DNA from: an uncultured Bacteroidia bacterium
GTDB taxonomy: Bacteria > Bacteroidota > Bacteroidia > Bacteroidales > F082
Direction: 5' to 3'
DNA: 64,000 bases
Assembly: GCA_902802535.1 (NCBI GenBank)
Contig: CADCML010000007.1
Coordinates: 26,937 to 90,936, forward strand
The position numbers and the translations under genes were made by a program. Below are positions 18,744 through 27,617 of this stretch, piece by piece. The notes beneath the pieces are model-generated. The model was given only the letters and a program-made list of their open reading frames with translations. It did no database searches and was not told the origin of the DNA. The first letter of the stretch is position 1; each line of letters starts with the position of its first letter.

Positions 18744-20023
18744 TTATGCAATTCTATTTATCAATTCCTGCGTTACCACTTTGGCTGAGCCATATACTTT
18801 CGTTGACCAGTCATCAGTTCCACTATTCAAGTCAAGTCGACTTTGGACAATTCCAATTTGGTTTTTGATGTCAACTATTGACTCTGTTGTTTCCTCCATC
18901 ACGTTCCGGTAGAAAGGTGAAGTGAACTTGCCAGTAAGATATGATGGATCGGTGGTGATATATAACTTTGAGAGGTATTGATGATACTTACTTAAAGTGT
19001 CTTTCTCAGGCCTAACCTTTTTACCCTTTATCCAAGTGGTTAGTTGTCCCGTAGCTGTCGGTTTAATATGACTCCGCAAAAACAATTCGTAATAGCCAGT
19101 TTTAGAACCATGATGTGCTATCTTGAAAATACCAGCACTAACTCCTTTCATACTCAAACAATCATTCACACTTTGCCAACCACATTCACTGTCGGATGAA
19201 ACCTCCAAGTCAGCCCCCAACACGACATGATGCCCTTTTGCGGTAAACAACAATGCAACGCTTCTATCATTGATATTCGGTTTGGTGGCTTTATTGTTCC
19301 CTTTTAATTTATCCAAATCAGCAAAATCGTCTTCTGTCAACTCTTCTTCGTTTATTCCCAATTCGGTTTCAAGAGTAGCGAATACTTCTTCCGATATCTC
19401 ATCGGCATTTTTAATCTCATCGGTTGATAAGGCAGATAGCTTTTCTTTCTGCTCCAACAATTGCCCTTGCTCTGCTGTAGCATGAGCTAGTTCGTCGTAA
19501 AACAGTTCCAATTCCTTTTGTGACGGGCTCAACGCTTTACACACACATTCGTCGGTTTCGAACACTGGTAAATCCTGAAGAAGACGAATAACTTTTATGC
19601 CTTTCTCTTTTACCTTATCCATTGCCAAGATAAGCTCTTTTCTCACCCCTCTGTCAGGTTCATAAAGATTACTGCGCTCTATTTCATATAGAAATTTAAG
19701 CTTCTCGCTCGCAATAGCCACGCAAAAAACACATCGCTCGAACATTCGTCGAGTACTTTGTGAAGTCCCTGTATGTGATCGTCATGCCAATGCGTACAGA
19801 TTACATACTTTACCTGCTCTTTAATATTTACTCCTATCTCTTTCAAATAGGCAATAGGTAGGCAAGTCTGGTTTATTACATCAATACAACTATCAACAAT
19901 TGCCCATTCATTGTTGCAATAACGAACTACGACACTTTCACCATAACCCGATGAACCACCAATAAGAGTCACTTCAAGTTCATCATTGCCTAAAGGCAGT
20001 ATCTTTGATGCTATTCCAACCAT
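18744..20023 (-). pseudogene. ComEC/Rec2-type metallo-beta-lactamase-fold hydrolase, reading frame broken at an A6 tract (protein C of the operon)
   Basis: ORF 19679-20023 carries HWHDDH (HxHxDH). ORF 18744-19745 carries NDRSVALLF...GADLE...KIAHHGSKTG. The two frames overlap at 19679-19745. Adding one A/T to the A6 run at 19724-19729 fuses them (..SSDVFF|CVAIASEK..) into about 426 aa. Confidence 0.75.
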
Positions 20024-20547
20024 CCTATACCGTCAAATAGTTTTTGTGCTTCAATCATGGCTAGTTCATCTACGGCTTGCTTGTTTGGGATGATGGGAAA
20101 ACGGAATCTCACCTCCGATTTCTTCACATACATTCCCTTCTTGTTGCGAAACAAACCAACTGTCCAATAAAACGTTGCACCTTCTTCCATCTGATCTTGA
20201 TTCAAAATAGCAACTTTGTTGACATTGAACTTCGCTATTTTTGAAGTGGTTTTTTGACGGATAGGGTCAATACGTGCTGTGAACGTGTTGCCACTTATCT
20301 CCAACACCCTGCCTATCCATTGCACAAATTTATCATCAATTTCTTTATTTGGGTTTCTTTCTATCGTGGTTTCCTGGGCAGCCGAATTCGAAAATACAAT
20401 TCTTCGCATGTGTGTAGTATCTGGAATTGCGGAACTCCTAACTTCTTGCTTTAACACAAAGTCAAGTTTGCCAAGTTCCCGCTCATCGGATTGCTCATTA
20501 GATGCAATTGTAGTTTCTTCATTAAATACAAGGTCGGATTGTGTCAT
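20011..20547 (-). CDS. Hypothetical protein B of the four-gene operon
   Basis: 178 aa. ATGA start/stop overlap with gene A, and a 13-nt overlap with the MBL gene. No family recognised. Confidence 0.6.
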   Translation of the reverse strand: MTQSDLVFNEETTIASNEQSDERELGKLDFVLKQEVRSSAIPDTTHMRRIVFSNSAAQETTIERNPNKEIDDKFVQWIGRVLEISGNTFTARIDPIRQKTTSKIAKFNVNKVAILNQDQMEEGATFYWTVGLFRNKKGMYVKKSEVRFRFPIIPNKQAVDELAMIEAQKLFDGIGWLE

Positions 20548-21209
20548 GCTATCTTATCCATTATATTCTTAACCACAAAATCGTAATCATTTAAACAAAG
20601 TTCAAAATTCTCCGCTATTTTCTGTGCAGCCAAAAGAGATTTATGAGTGTCTTCGGGCATCTGATAATGATAGTTCATATTGATATCGACACAAAATTCT
20701 ACGTTTTCGTAAGTGGCAGGTTGAATCATAAGAGATTTCGTTGTCAACAATTTTGATTTATCGTCAATAATTGACAGAAAATTCAACTTGGGTTCTTTAA
20801 AAGTTTCATTCCATATATCCAATGGATTCAAAAATTTACCGAACTCATAATAATCCCTAGCGTTTCCCAAAGTAGAAATCACTCCATGATTAATACCAAA
20901 AGAGAAGATTGGTATGTCGGGCAAGGCATTCAACACGGCTATCACTAAATCTTTTAGAAGAACCAGTTTGGCTGCATCCTTAATGCGAAATTCAGCTCTT
21001 TCTGGTTTTATGACAACATTCAACCAGTCGCCTACTGGAAAAGAAGACAACTTTTGATGAACCACAAAACCTTTGGCATCATCGTCAATTCGGATATCTT
21101 GCTGTGAAATAATCCCTTTATCTTTCAACCAAAAAGGATGAAACAATAAAGGATTGAATATTCCCAGTAAAACAATACTATAACTTTCAGTTAATTTATT
21201 CAGTTTCAT
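20544..21209 (-). CDS. Hypothetical protein A of the four-gene operon
   Basis: The track ORF extends to 21341. I prefer the ATG at 21209 (MKLNKLTESYSIVLLGIFNPLLFHPFWL...), giving 222 aa. No family recognised. Confidence 0.55.
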   Translation of the reverse strand: MKLNKLTESYSIVLLGIFNPLLFHPFWLKDKGIISQQDIRIDDDAKGFVVHQKLSSFPVGDWLNVVIKPERAEFRIKDAAKLVLLKDLVIAVLNALPDIPIFSFGINHGVISTLGNARDYYEFGKFLNPLDIWNETFKEPKLNFLSIIDDKSKLLTTKSLMIQPATYENVEFCVDINMNYHYQMPEDTHKSLLAAQKIAENFELCLNDYDFVVKNIMDKIA

Positions 21210-21467
21210 TTTTACAAAAAGATTTACGCGAGATTTTATATTAGTCTTATGTTTGAGTTTTTCTTGTTGACTTTTTATTGGAATATTTTTCGACACAAAC
21301 TTAAAGCCGCGCTCCAAACTTCCAATAACAACACAGTGCATAAGCCATAATCTGCTATGTCCTTTATCACAACGTTATAGAACTCAAATATTCCAAAAAA
21401 TCTTTCACTTCCTTGAACGACACTTCCTGCGTTTGTGAGGAAATCACTTGTGGATAGGTTCGCTATG

Positions 21468-22127
21468 TTATTTCAATCTCTTCAATGGTGCAGTAGCATA
21501 AACTTTGTCAGGATAATCGGTCATCTTCACTACTCTTGACTTAATGGCCTCAAAGTCAAAGTGATAACCCAACATTTTGATGCTTGGTATCAAATCCTCG
21601 TCAATATCTCCAAAATAAATCACGGCCTTGTCCGCCATGATGGGATCGTATACTGGGTAACGCTTCAACAACATGCGCTTCAAATCGTTGTATGAATAAT
21701 GCATTGACAAGAATGCTATATCCACAAAGTCTTTTGGACGCTTCCCCGAATTGATAATGGCATGCATCTTCATGGCTGCGATGTCAGCTATAGAGGCAAT
21801 ACGCATACCGTCTTCTATCACGGCATTATCTAACCATGGGAACGGGTGATAGATGATGTCTATCTTAACACCTCTAACAAAACCTATCAATGTCCCATCT
21901 TCAATGACCGATGGCGTAAAACCGTAATTGTTAATCAACAACGACTGTACTCGCAAACCATCAAAGGGTTCAGTGGTGAACAAATCCAAGTCTTCACTCT
22001 CTCTATGACCTATTTGGAGACTGAGCGCAGTACCTCCTACCAATCGGGTAGAAGCTAACAACGATTCCGACTGGAGTGCCTTTAACAGCCCAAGTGTGCT
22101 TTCCTTAACTGTGCTTGTTTGTAACAT
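21468..22127 (-). CDS. Nucleotidyltransferase AbiEii/AbiGii toxin family protein
   Basis: 219 aa. The N-terminal LLKALQSESLLASTRLVGGTALSLQIGHRESEDLDLF matches the conserved GGTAL...HR.S.DLD nucleotidyltransferase motif of this family. Confidence 0.75.
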   Translation of the reverse strand: MLQTSTVKESTLGLLKALQSESLLASTRLVGGTALSLQIGHRESEDLDLFTTEPFDGLRVQSLLINNYGFTPSVIEDGTLIGFVRGVKIDIIYHPFPWLDNAVIEDGMRIASIADIAAMKMHAIINSGKRPKDFVDIAFLSMHYSYNDLKRMLLKRYPVYDPIMADKAVIYFGDIDEDLIPSIKMLGYHFDFEAIKSRVVKMTDYPDKVYATAPLKRLK

Positions 22128-22411
22128 CTGGTTTCTGTTTTTTCAATATTCAGAGCACGGCACATGAAGTCGAGTTCACGCGGGGTAAGGTCGACCACTT
22201 CGTCACGTGCAATACGACGAAAACCACGTATGCCCCCATAAAGGTCAAAGGCGGCATACCAATCGAAGAGACGACCCATCTTTATGACACGCTCAACGAC
22301 AACGCGATGAAACTTCTGCCAGTCAAAGTCGTCAAGACGATATTCCCAAAGCAGCCCATGGTTGATTTGGTGTTTTCCTTTTTCGATTTTATATGTCTGA
22401 AAGATTTTCAT
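22082..22411 (-). CDS. Small partner protein of the Bacteroidota AbiEii-type module (putative antitoxin)
   Basis: 109 aa. From memory, the pattern W.Y.L..FDW...H..VVERVI..G.L.DW......YG plus a C-terminal ..E..RCY.Q recurs upstream of AbiEii-type genes in Bacteroidota. It overlaps the toxin gene by 46 nt. Confidence 0.5.
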   Translation of the reverse strand: MKIFQTYKIEKGKHQINHGLLWEYRLDDFDWQKFHRVVVERVIKMGRLFDWYAAFDLYGGIRGFRRIARDEVVDLTPRELDFMCRALNIEKTETRCYKQAQLRKAHLGC

Positions 22412-22620
22412 AGTCTTGATAATTGATGAATCTTGTTGACAAGGCCCTCAAAGCTGTTGTTTGGGCGGAAAAGGTATTAATTATGGATGGTCCTTTTATT
22501 CAATTGAGAGTTGAGAGGGCACTACCCATGACCAACAACAAGAAAACTACTTAGTTCCGAAAAAGCTGTTCATTTCATCAACGGTCAAGTTGCCGCTAGC
22601 AATGATACGCGGCTGCACTA

Positions 22621-23619
22621 CTACACCCCCACCAAACTGAAAGCCTCGCTATAGGGTATGGTCTCTGGCTGGTGGAGATGGTTCTTCCAAGCCGGCTCAC
22701 GATGACTCAAGTCCGAGATGTCGTGCGCCGAAAGGCCTTTCATCTTTTCACAAACCTCGTCAATCACATCCTTTTCTTGAGGCGTGAAGCAACTCATGTC
22801 GGCCTCCGTCGTAGCAGTCAGTGTCACACATTCCTGGTCGTGTACCAATTTGGTTTGTTGTTCTACCTCGTCGAAAGCACTATAGACACGGTCCCAGCGT
22901 TGCGGGACGGGACCAAAGTCAATAGCATTATAGGCCAATCCCGAGATAGCCATGCCACGTTCGCGATATGATAGGAAGTCGATGTAGAACAACACCTTGT
23001 TCATCTTGGTCTGGAAGGTGTCGCCCATCTCCCCAAGGATGTACAGCAACAGGTTCTTCAGCCTTGCCGTCGAAAGCGGTGCAAAGCCGTTAGCCACACC
23101 GCGTCCGCTACGAAACAAACGGTCTAAGGTCCATCGCTCGCTGTGCCATTCGTCGCTTTGGGCAATGACTTCTTCCATCCGGGCGACAATCTTATCGTAT
23201 TCCCTGTCGGTCAGCTGATGACGTGAACTATTGACGAGGTCAAGAAACACCTTGGGATTCATCACCGAACGTATCATCTTGCCGTTGCTCTCGCTTGGCA
23301 CCTCACCCATCTCATATAGCCGGTATTGGTTGGCTCCAAAGCCAAGGATGACCGACATCTTCGAGGCACTCAACCCATAACGCTCGCGTAAGGCAATGAT
23401 TTCGTCAGTATAAGGGATACCATGCTTGGCGCGATACTGGTTGGTCACCTGGTTGAGCCAGACGCCATCGCTCTCCGTCGTGGTATAACTCTCTCCTTCG
23501 GCATCATCGTGAAACGATATATATATGAAATCATACTTCTCGCCCCGATATGTCTCCGAGTCGGGTTCGTAAACCACCCGCATGGGCTTCCCTGTTATTG
23601 GACTTATCGGCACTTTCAT
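22621..23619 (-). CDS. MqsA-like HTH antitoxin fused to a Panacea (DUF4065, SocA-like) domain
   Basis: 332 aa. The XRE-type HTH is IIALRERYGLSASKMSVILGFGANQYRLYEMG. The C-terminal KMNKVLFYIDFLSYRERGMAISGLAYNAIDFGPVPQRWDRVY fits the DUF4065 pattern. Confidence 0.65.
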   Translation of the reverse strand: MKVPISPITGKPMRVVYEPDSETYRGEKYDFIYISFHDDAEGESYTTTESDGVWLNQVTNQYRAKHGIPYTDEIIALRERYGLSASKMSVILGFGANQYRLYEMGEVPSESNGKMIRSVMNPKVFLDLVNSSRHQLTDREYDKIVARMEEVIAQSDEWHSERWTLDRLFRSGRGVANGFAPLSTARLKNLLLYILGEMGDTFQTKMNKVLFYIDFLSYRERGMAISGLAYNAIDFGPVPQRWDRVYSAFDEVEQQTKLVHDQECVTLTATTEADMSCFTPQEKDVIDEVCEKMKGLSAHDISDLSHREPAWKNHLHQPETIPYSEAFSLVGV

Positions 23620-23626
23620 CTTGATG

Positions 23627-23986
23627 CTATTTAAATGGATACACTAACGGATGCTCAGCAATATGAAACGATATGCAGATAGTTTGGCCATTCTCGTATC
23701 CCAATGTAATCTTGATGTACACCTCACGCTCTTTCACATCCTTGCCGAAAACCCACATCTCGCCCTCCTTGTTCAGCACGTCGATGACGGGACCTTCCAC
23801 ATAGTCTTGCGGCAAAAGGCTTTTCACGATCAACTCACGCTGCATTTGCGTAATGTCCAACTCCAACAAAGCCTTTCTGTTCTTTTGCCGATCATCCCTA
23901 AATATTATCCCGAACACCTGTGCCTTGATGTTAAATTGCTCCAAAAACGCCTTAACCTCTTCTATCGATATCATCGACACATCCAT
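23627..23986 (-). CDS. MqsR-like toxin (putative)
   Basis: The C-terminal EVYIKITLGYENGQTICISFHIAEHPL resembles MqsR (..VYLKITV..LIVSFKEK). Its stop is 8 nt upstream of the antitoxin ATG. The track start at 24004 lies inside a TATTTTTG -7 box, so I prefer ATG 23986 (or 23974). Confidence 0.45.
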   Translation of the reverse strand: MDVSMISIEEVKAFLEQFNIKAQVFGIIFRDDRQKNRKALLELDITQMQRELIVKSLLPQDYVEGPVIDVLNKEGEMWVFGKDVKEREVYIKITLGYENGQTICISFHIAEHPLVYPFK

Positions 23987-24066
23987 TTTTCGGCAAAAAT
24001 ACAAATAATTATTCGATTAGTATCAATTTTTCAACGATAAAGTTGAAAAACACAAAACTTTTACTC

Positions 24067-24088
24067 GTGATACGCGAGATATATGGAG
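24067..24088 (+). repeat. 22-nt junction motif GTGATACGCGAGATATATGGAG
   Basis: It lies directly 3' of the TviB-like gene. It is a near-identical direct copy of 27527-27548 and is related to the units at 16362-16424. Confidence 0.8.
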
Positions 24089-24095
24089 CTTATAA

Positions 24096-25364
24096 TTACA
24101 GTCTCCCGTCCACCAGCTTCCTATCCAACGTGCACTTCACATCAAATACCACATGCTTCTCCTTCAGCAAGCCGAGAATGTCCAGTCCTTCGAACTTCTT
24201 GTGAGCCACAGCAGCTATGGCAGCATCGAACTTCTCGGTAGGCAGTTCGTTCACCACCTTGATGCCATACTCATGTTCCACAATAGTAGGATTGGCCCAC
24301 GGATCATAGACGGTGATGTGGAGGTTATACTCTTTCAAAGCCTTGTAGATGTCGATGACCTTGGTGTTACGTACATCGGGGCAGTTCTCTTTGAAGGTGA
24401 AGCCAAGAATAAGGATGTTGGAGTTCAATACCTGAATACCCTTCTTCAGCATCAGCTTGATGGTTTCGGTGGCGACGTACTCACCCATGCCGTCGTTCAT
24501 ACGACGACCGGCAAGAATGATTTCAGGGTTGTAGCCATGACGCTGGGCACACTGGGCCAAATAATAGGGATCAACACCAATGCAGTGACCACCCACCAGA
24601 CCGGGACGGAAAGGCAAGAAGTTCCATTTGGTGCCGGCAGCTTCCAGCACGTCAAGGGTATCGATGCCCATCTTGTTGAAGATCTTCGAGAGCTCATTCA
24701 CGAAGGCGATGTTGATATCGCGCTGTGAGTTCTCAATCACCTTGGCAGCCTCAGCCACCTTCATGGTCGGAGCAAGATGCGTGCCGGCCGTAATGACACT
24801 GGCATACACCTCGTTGACGTATTTGCCAATCTCAGGGGTAGAACCCGAGGTTACTTTCTTGATATGCTCCACGGTGTGCTGCTTGTCACCCGGGTTGATA
24901 CGCTCAGGGCTGTAGCCAGCATAGAAATCCACGTTCATCTTCATACCAGAGACTTTCTCCACCACGGGGATGCACTCGTCCTCGGTAACGCCAGGATAGA
25001 CGGTTGATTCATAAACCACCACATCACCTTTGCCGATGACCTTACCAACGGTAGTGCTAGCACCCACCAAAGGCGTCAGATCAGGGTTGTTATCGCTATC
25101 CACGGGCGTAGGCACGGCAACAATATAGAAGTTACAGTCACGAATCTTTTCAATGTCGCTGGTGCAGATGAAACCGTGGTTTTTGATGGCATCTTGAAGA
25201 AGGTCATCTGCCACCTCAAGTGTTGCATCGTGTCCAGCCATGAGTGCGTCACAACGTTGCTGGTTCATATCGAAACCAACAGTTGGGTATTTTGTTGAGA
25301 AAAGGCGTGCCAATGGCAGGCCAACGTAACCGAGACCGATTACACAAATTTTAGTGTCTTTCAT
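24096..25364 (-). CDS. UDP-N-acetyl-hexosamine 6-dehydrogenase (TviB/WbpO-like nucleotide-sugar dehydrogenase)
   Basis: MKDTKICVIGLGYVGLPLA and the catalytic LVGGHCIGVDPYY. The track start at 25388 is a TTG; the first ATG is at 25364. Confidence 0.8.
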   Translation of the reverse strand: MKDTKICVIGLGYVGLPLARLFSTKYPTVGFDMNQQRCDALMAGHDATLEVADDLLQDAIKNHGFICTSDIEKIRDCNFYIVAVPTPVDSDNNPDLTPLVGASTTVGKVIGKGDVVVYESTVYPGVTEDECIPVVEKVSGMKMNVDFYAGYSPERINPGDKQHTVEHIKKVTSGSTPEIGKYVNEVYASVITAGTHLAPTMKVAEAAKVIENSQRDINIAFVNELSKIFNKMGIDTLDVLEAAGTKWNFLPFRPGLVGGHCIGVDPYYLAQCAQRHGYNPEIILAGRRMNDGMGEYVATETIKLMLKKGIQVLNSNILILGFTFKENCPDVRNTKVIDIYKALKEYNLHITVYDPWANPTIVEHEYGIKVVNELPTEKFDAAIAAVAHKKFEGLDILGLLKEKHVVFDVKCTLDRKLVDGRL

Positions 25365-25388
25365 TTTATTATCTTTATTAATTATCAA

Positions 25389-26360
25389 TTATAGATTAGC
25401 TTTGTACCATTCAATAGCTTCATTCAAACCTCTTGAAAAGTCATATTCAGGATCATATCCTAATAATCTTTTTGCTTTTGAAATATCTGCATTCGAGTGT
25501 TTTATATCGCCAGGTCTATCAGGACCAAATTTCGGTTCAATATTCTTACCCAACGCCTTCGTGAGGTCATAATAAATATCAATCAGATATTCACGTCCAC
25601 CATATGCCACGTTAAATGCCTCACCACTAGCTTCATCTGGAGCCAAGCAAGCCTTGAGATTAGCTTCTATCACATTTTCTATATAGGTAAAGTCACGACT
25701 CTGTTTTCCATCGCCATTGATAGTCGGCTGCTCATTGTTAATCAACAACTTGATAAATTTAGGAATAACAGCTGCGTATGCTCCATTAGGATCTTGACGA
25801 CGTCCAAATACATTAAAGTATCGGAGTCCGATTGTTTTTAAGCTATAGTGCCTAGAATACTGTTTCGCCCATTCCTCGTCAGTTCTTTTGGTCAACGCGT
25901 AAGGAGAAAGCAAGTTACCTTCAACCCCTTCTTGTTTTGGCAAATGAACTTCATCACCATACACCGACGAACTAGAAGCATATACAAATGTCTTAACACC
26001 ATTCTGTCGTGCTGCTTCCATCATATTTAGTGTACCTAGAATATTATTTGCGCAATAGAACAACGGCATTTCGATGCTTCGTGGTACGCTACCCCATGCA
26101 GCTTGGTTCAGTACATAGTCAACACCTTTGCATGCTTTCATACAAGTATCAAGGTCTTTTATATCGCCTTTGACAAACTCATATTCCGGATTATCTTTAA
26201 ACAAGTCAACATTAGCTTGCTTTCCAGTACTCAAATCATCCAAACAGCGAACTTTATATCCTAATTTTAGTATAGCTTCGCAAAGGTTGGATCCAATGAA
26301 TCCAGCACCACCAGTAACGAGAAATAATGTATCCTTGGGGAATTTTAAATCTGTATACAT
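25389..26360 (-). CDS. NAD-dependent epimerase, TviC/WbpP-like
   Basis: [15 protein letters not shown] and YALTKRTDE (YxxxK). I trimmed the start to ATG 26360, which avoids a 38-nt overlap with the upstream gene. Confidence 0.75.
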   Translation of the reverse strand: MYTDLKFPKDTLFLVTGGAGFIGSNLCEAILKLGYKVRCLDDLSTGKQANVDLFKDNPEYEFVKGDIKDLDTCMKACKGVDYVLNQAAWGSVPRSIEMPLFYCANNILGTLNMMEAARQNGVKTFVYASSSSVYGDEVHLPKQEGVEGNLLSPYALTKRTDEEWAKQYSRHYSLKTIGLRYFNVFGRRQDPNGAYAAVIPKFIKLLINNEQPTINGDGKQSRDFTYIENVIEANLKACLAPDEASGEAFNVAYGGREYLIDIYYDLTKALGKNIEPKFGPDRPGDIKHSNADISKAKRLLGYDPEYDFSRGLNEAIEWYKANL

Positions 26361-26370
26361 AATATTGTGA

Positions 26371-27429
26371 TTATTTCTTTTTATAAAATTCATAATACCA
26401 CTCCGCAAACTTTCTCAACCCCTCTCTCAACGTTATCTTCGGCACAAAACCAAAATCTCTTTCCAATGCGCTCGCATCAGCGTATGTAGTCGGCACATCG
26501 CCCGGTTGCATCGGGACAAGCTTCTTATGAGCCTCAAAGTCATAATCTTTCGGCAAAACACCTGCTCTGACAAGCTCTTCCTGCAAAATCTGCACGAAAT
26601 CCAACAGGTTCTCCGGCTGTCCTCCACCTATGTTATATATAGCATACGGCGGAATCGGCAGTCCGTCCTCACCTGTCTTACGCTCAGGTGCCTTATTCAT
26701 AACCCTCACTACGCCTTCAACAATGTCGTCAACAAAAGTGAAGTCACGACGGCAATTTCCATAATTGAAAATCTGAATGGTCTCGCCCTTCACAAGCTTG
26801 TTAGTAAAGCCGAAATACGCCATATCTGGCCTACCAGCCGGGCCATAAACCGTGAAAAACCTCAGTCCTGTCGTCGGGATGTTGTACAATTTACTGTAGC
26901 AATGCGCAAAAAGCTCATTACTCTTTTTGGTAGCCGCATAGAGGCTAACAGGATTGTCCACTCGGTCATCCACGCTGAACGGCACCTTCTTATTACCGCC
27001 GTATACAGAACTCGAACTGGCATAAACTAAATGCTCAACAGGATAGTGTCGGCAAGCTTCAAGAATGTTGTAGAAACCAATGATGTTGCTCTGAATATAA
27101 GCGTCAGGGTTCTCGATGCTGTAACGCACACCTGCCTGAGCTGCGAGGTTGACAACGATGTCAAACTTATGCTCGGCAAAGAGGCGGTCGATTAAAGCTT
27201 TGTCAGCCAAATCGCCCTTGACGAATTGATAAGTACAAGCCCTTCCTGAATCCTTCCCTGAAGGGACGGACTTTTCTATTTCATGCAAGCGGTATTCCTT
27301 GAGGGAAACATCATAGTAGTTATTGAGGTTATCGAGACCGACGATGGTGCCCTCGGTCATATCTTTCAGAAGACGCATCACGAGGTTGGCACCTATGAAG
27401 CCTGCCGAACCGGTAACTAATATATTCAT
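26371..27429 (-). CDS. NAD-dependent epimerase, UDP-glucuronate 4-epimerase-like
   Basis: 352 aa. MNILVTGSAGFIGANL and YAATKKSNE (YxxxK). Confidence 0.75.
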   Translation of the reverse strand: MNILVTGSAGFIGANLVMRLLKDMTEGTIVGLDNLNNYYDVSLKEYRLHEIEKSVPSGKDSGRACTYQFVKGDLADKALIDRLFAEHKFDIVVNLAAQAGVRYSIENPDAYIQSNIIGFYNILEACRHYPVEHLVYASSSSVYGGNKKVPFSVDDRVDNPVSLYAATKKSNELFAHCYSKLYNIPTTGLRFFTVYGPAGRPDMAYFGFTNKLVKGETIQIFNYGNCRRDFTFVDDIVEGVVRVMNKAPERKTGEDGLPIPPYAIYNIGGGQPENLLDFVQILQEELVRAGVLPKDYDFEAHKKLVPMQPGDVPTTYADASALERDFGFVPKITLREGLRKFAEWYYEFYKKK

Positions 27430-27526
27430 AGTTTTAAATTATTTTCATTTGGAGCGGTGGGACACCTAAAATCAAGCACCGATTGCCTCGTATAAAGTTT
27501 AGTTTATCGGCAGTCATAAAATACTT

Positions 27527-27548
27527 GTGATACGCGCGACACGTGGAG
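27527..27548 (+). repeat. 22-nt junction motif GTGATACGCGCGACACGTGGAG
   Basis: It lies about 100 nt upstream (5') of the UDP-GlcA epimerase-like gene. It is a direct copy of 24067-24088, matching at 18 of 22 positions. Confidence 0.8.
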
Positions 27549-27617
27549 ATTAAAGCCGTACTTGCCATTGAGACCGAGAACATGGACATTGTTCTCAAGG
27601 ACTGTTTTTGGGGCGTA

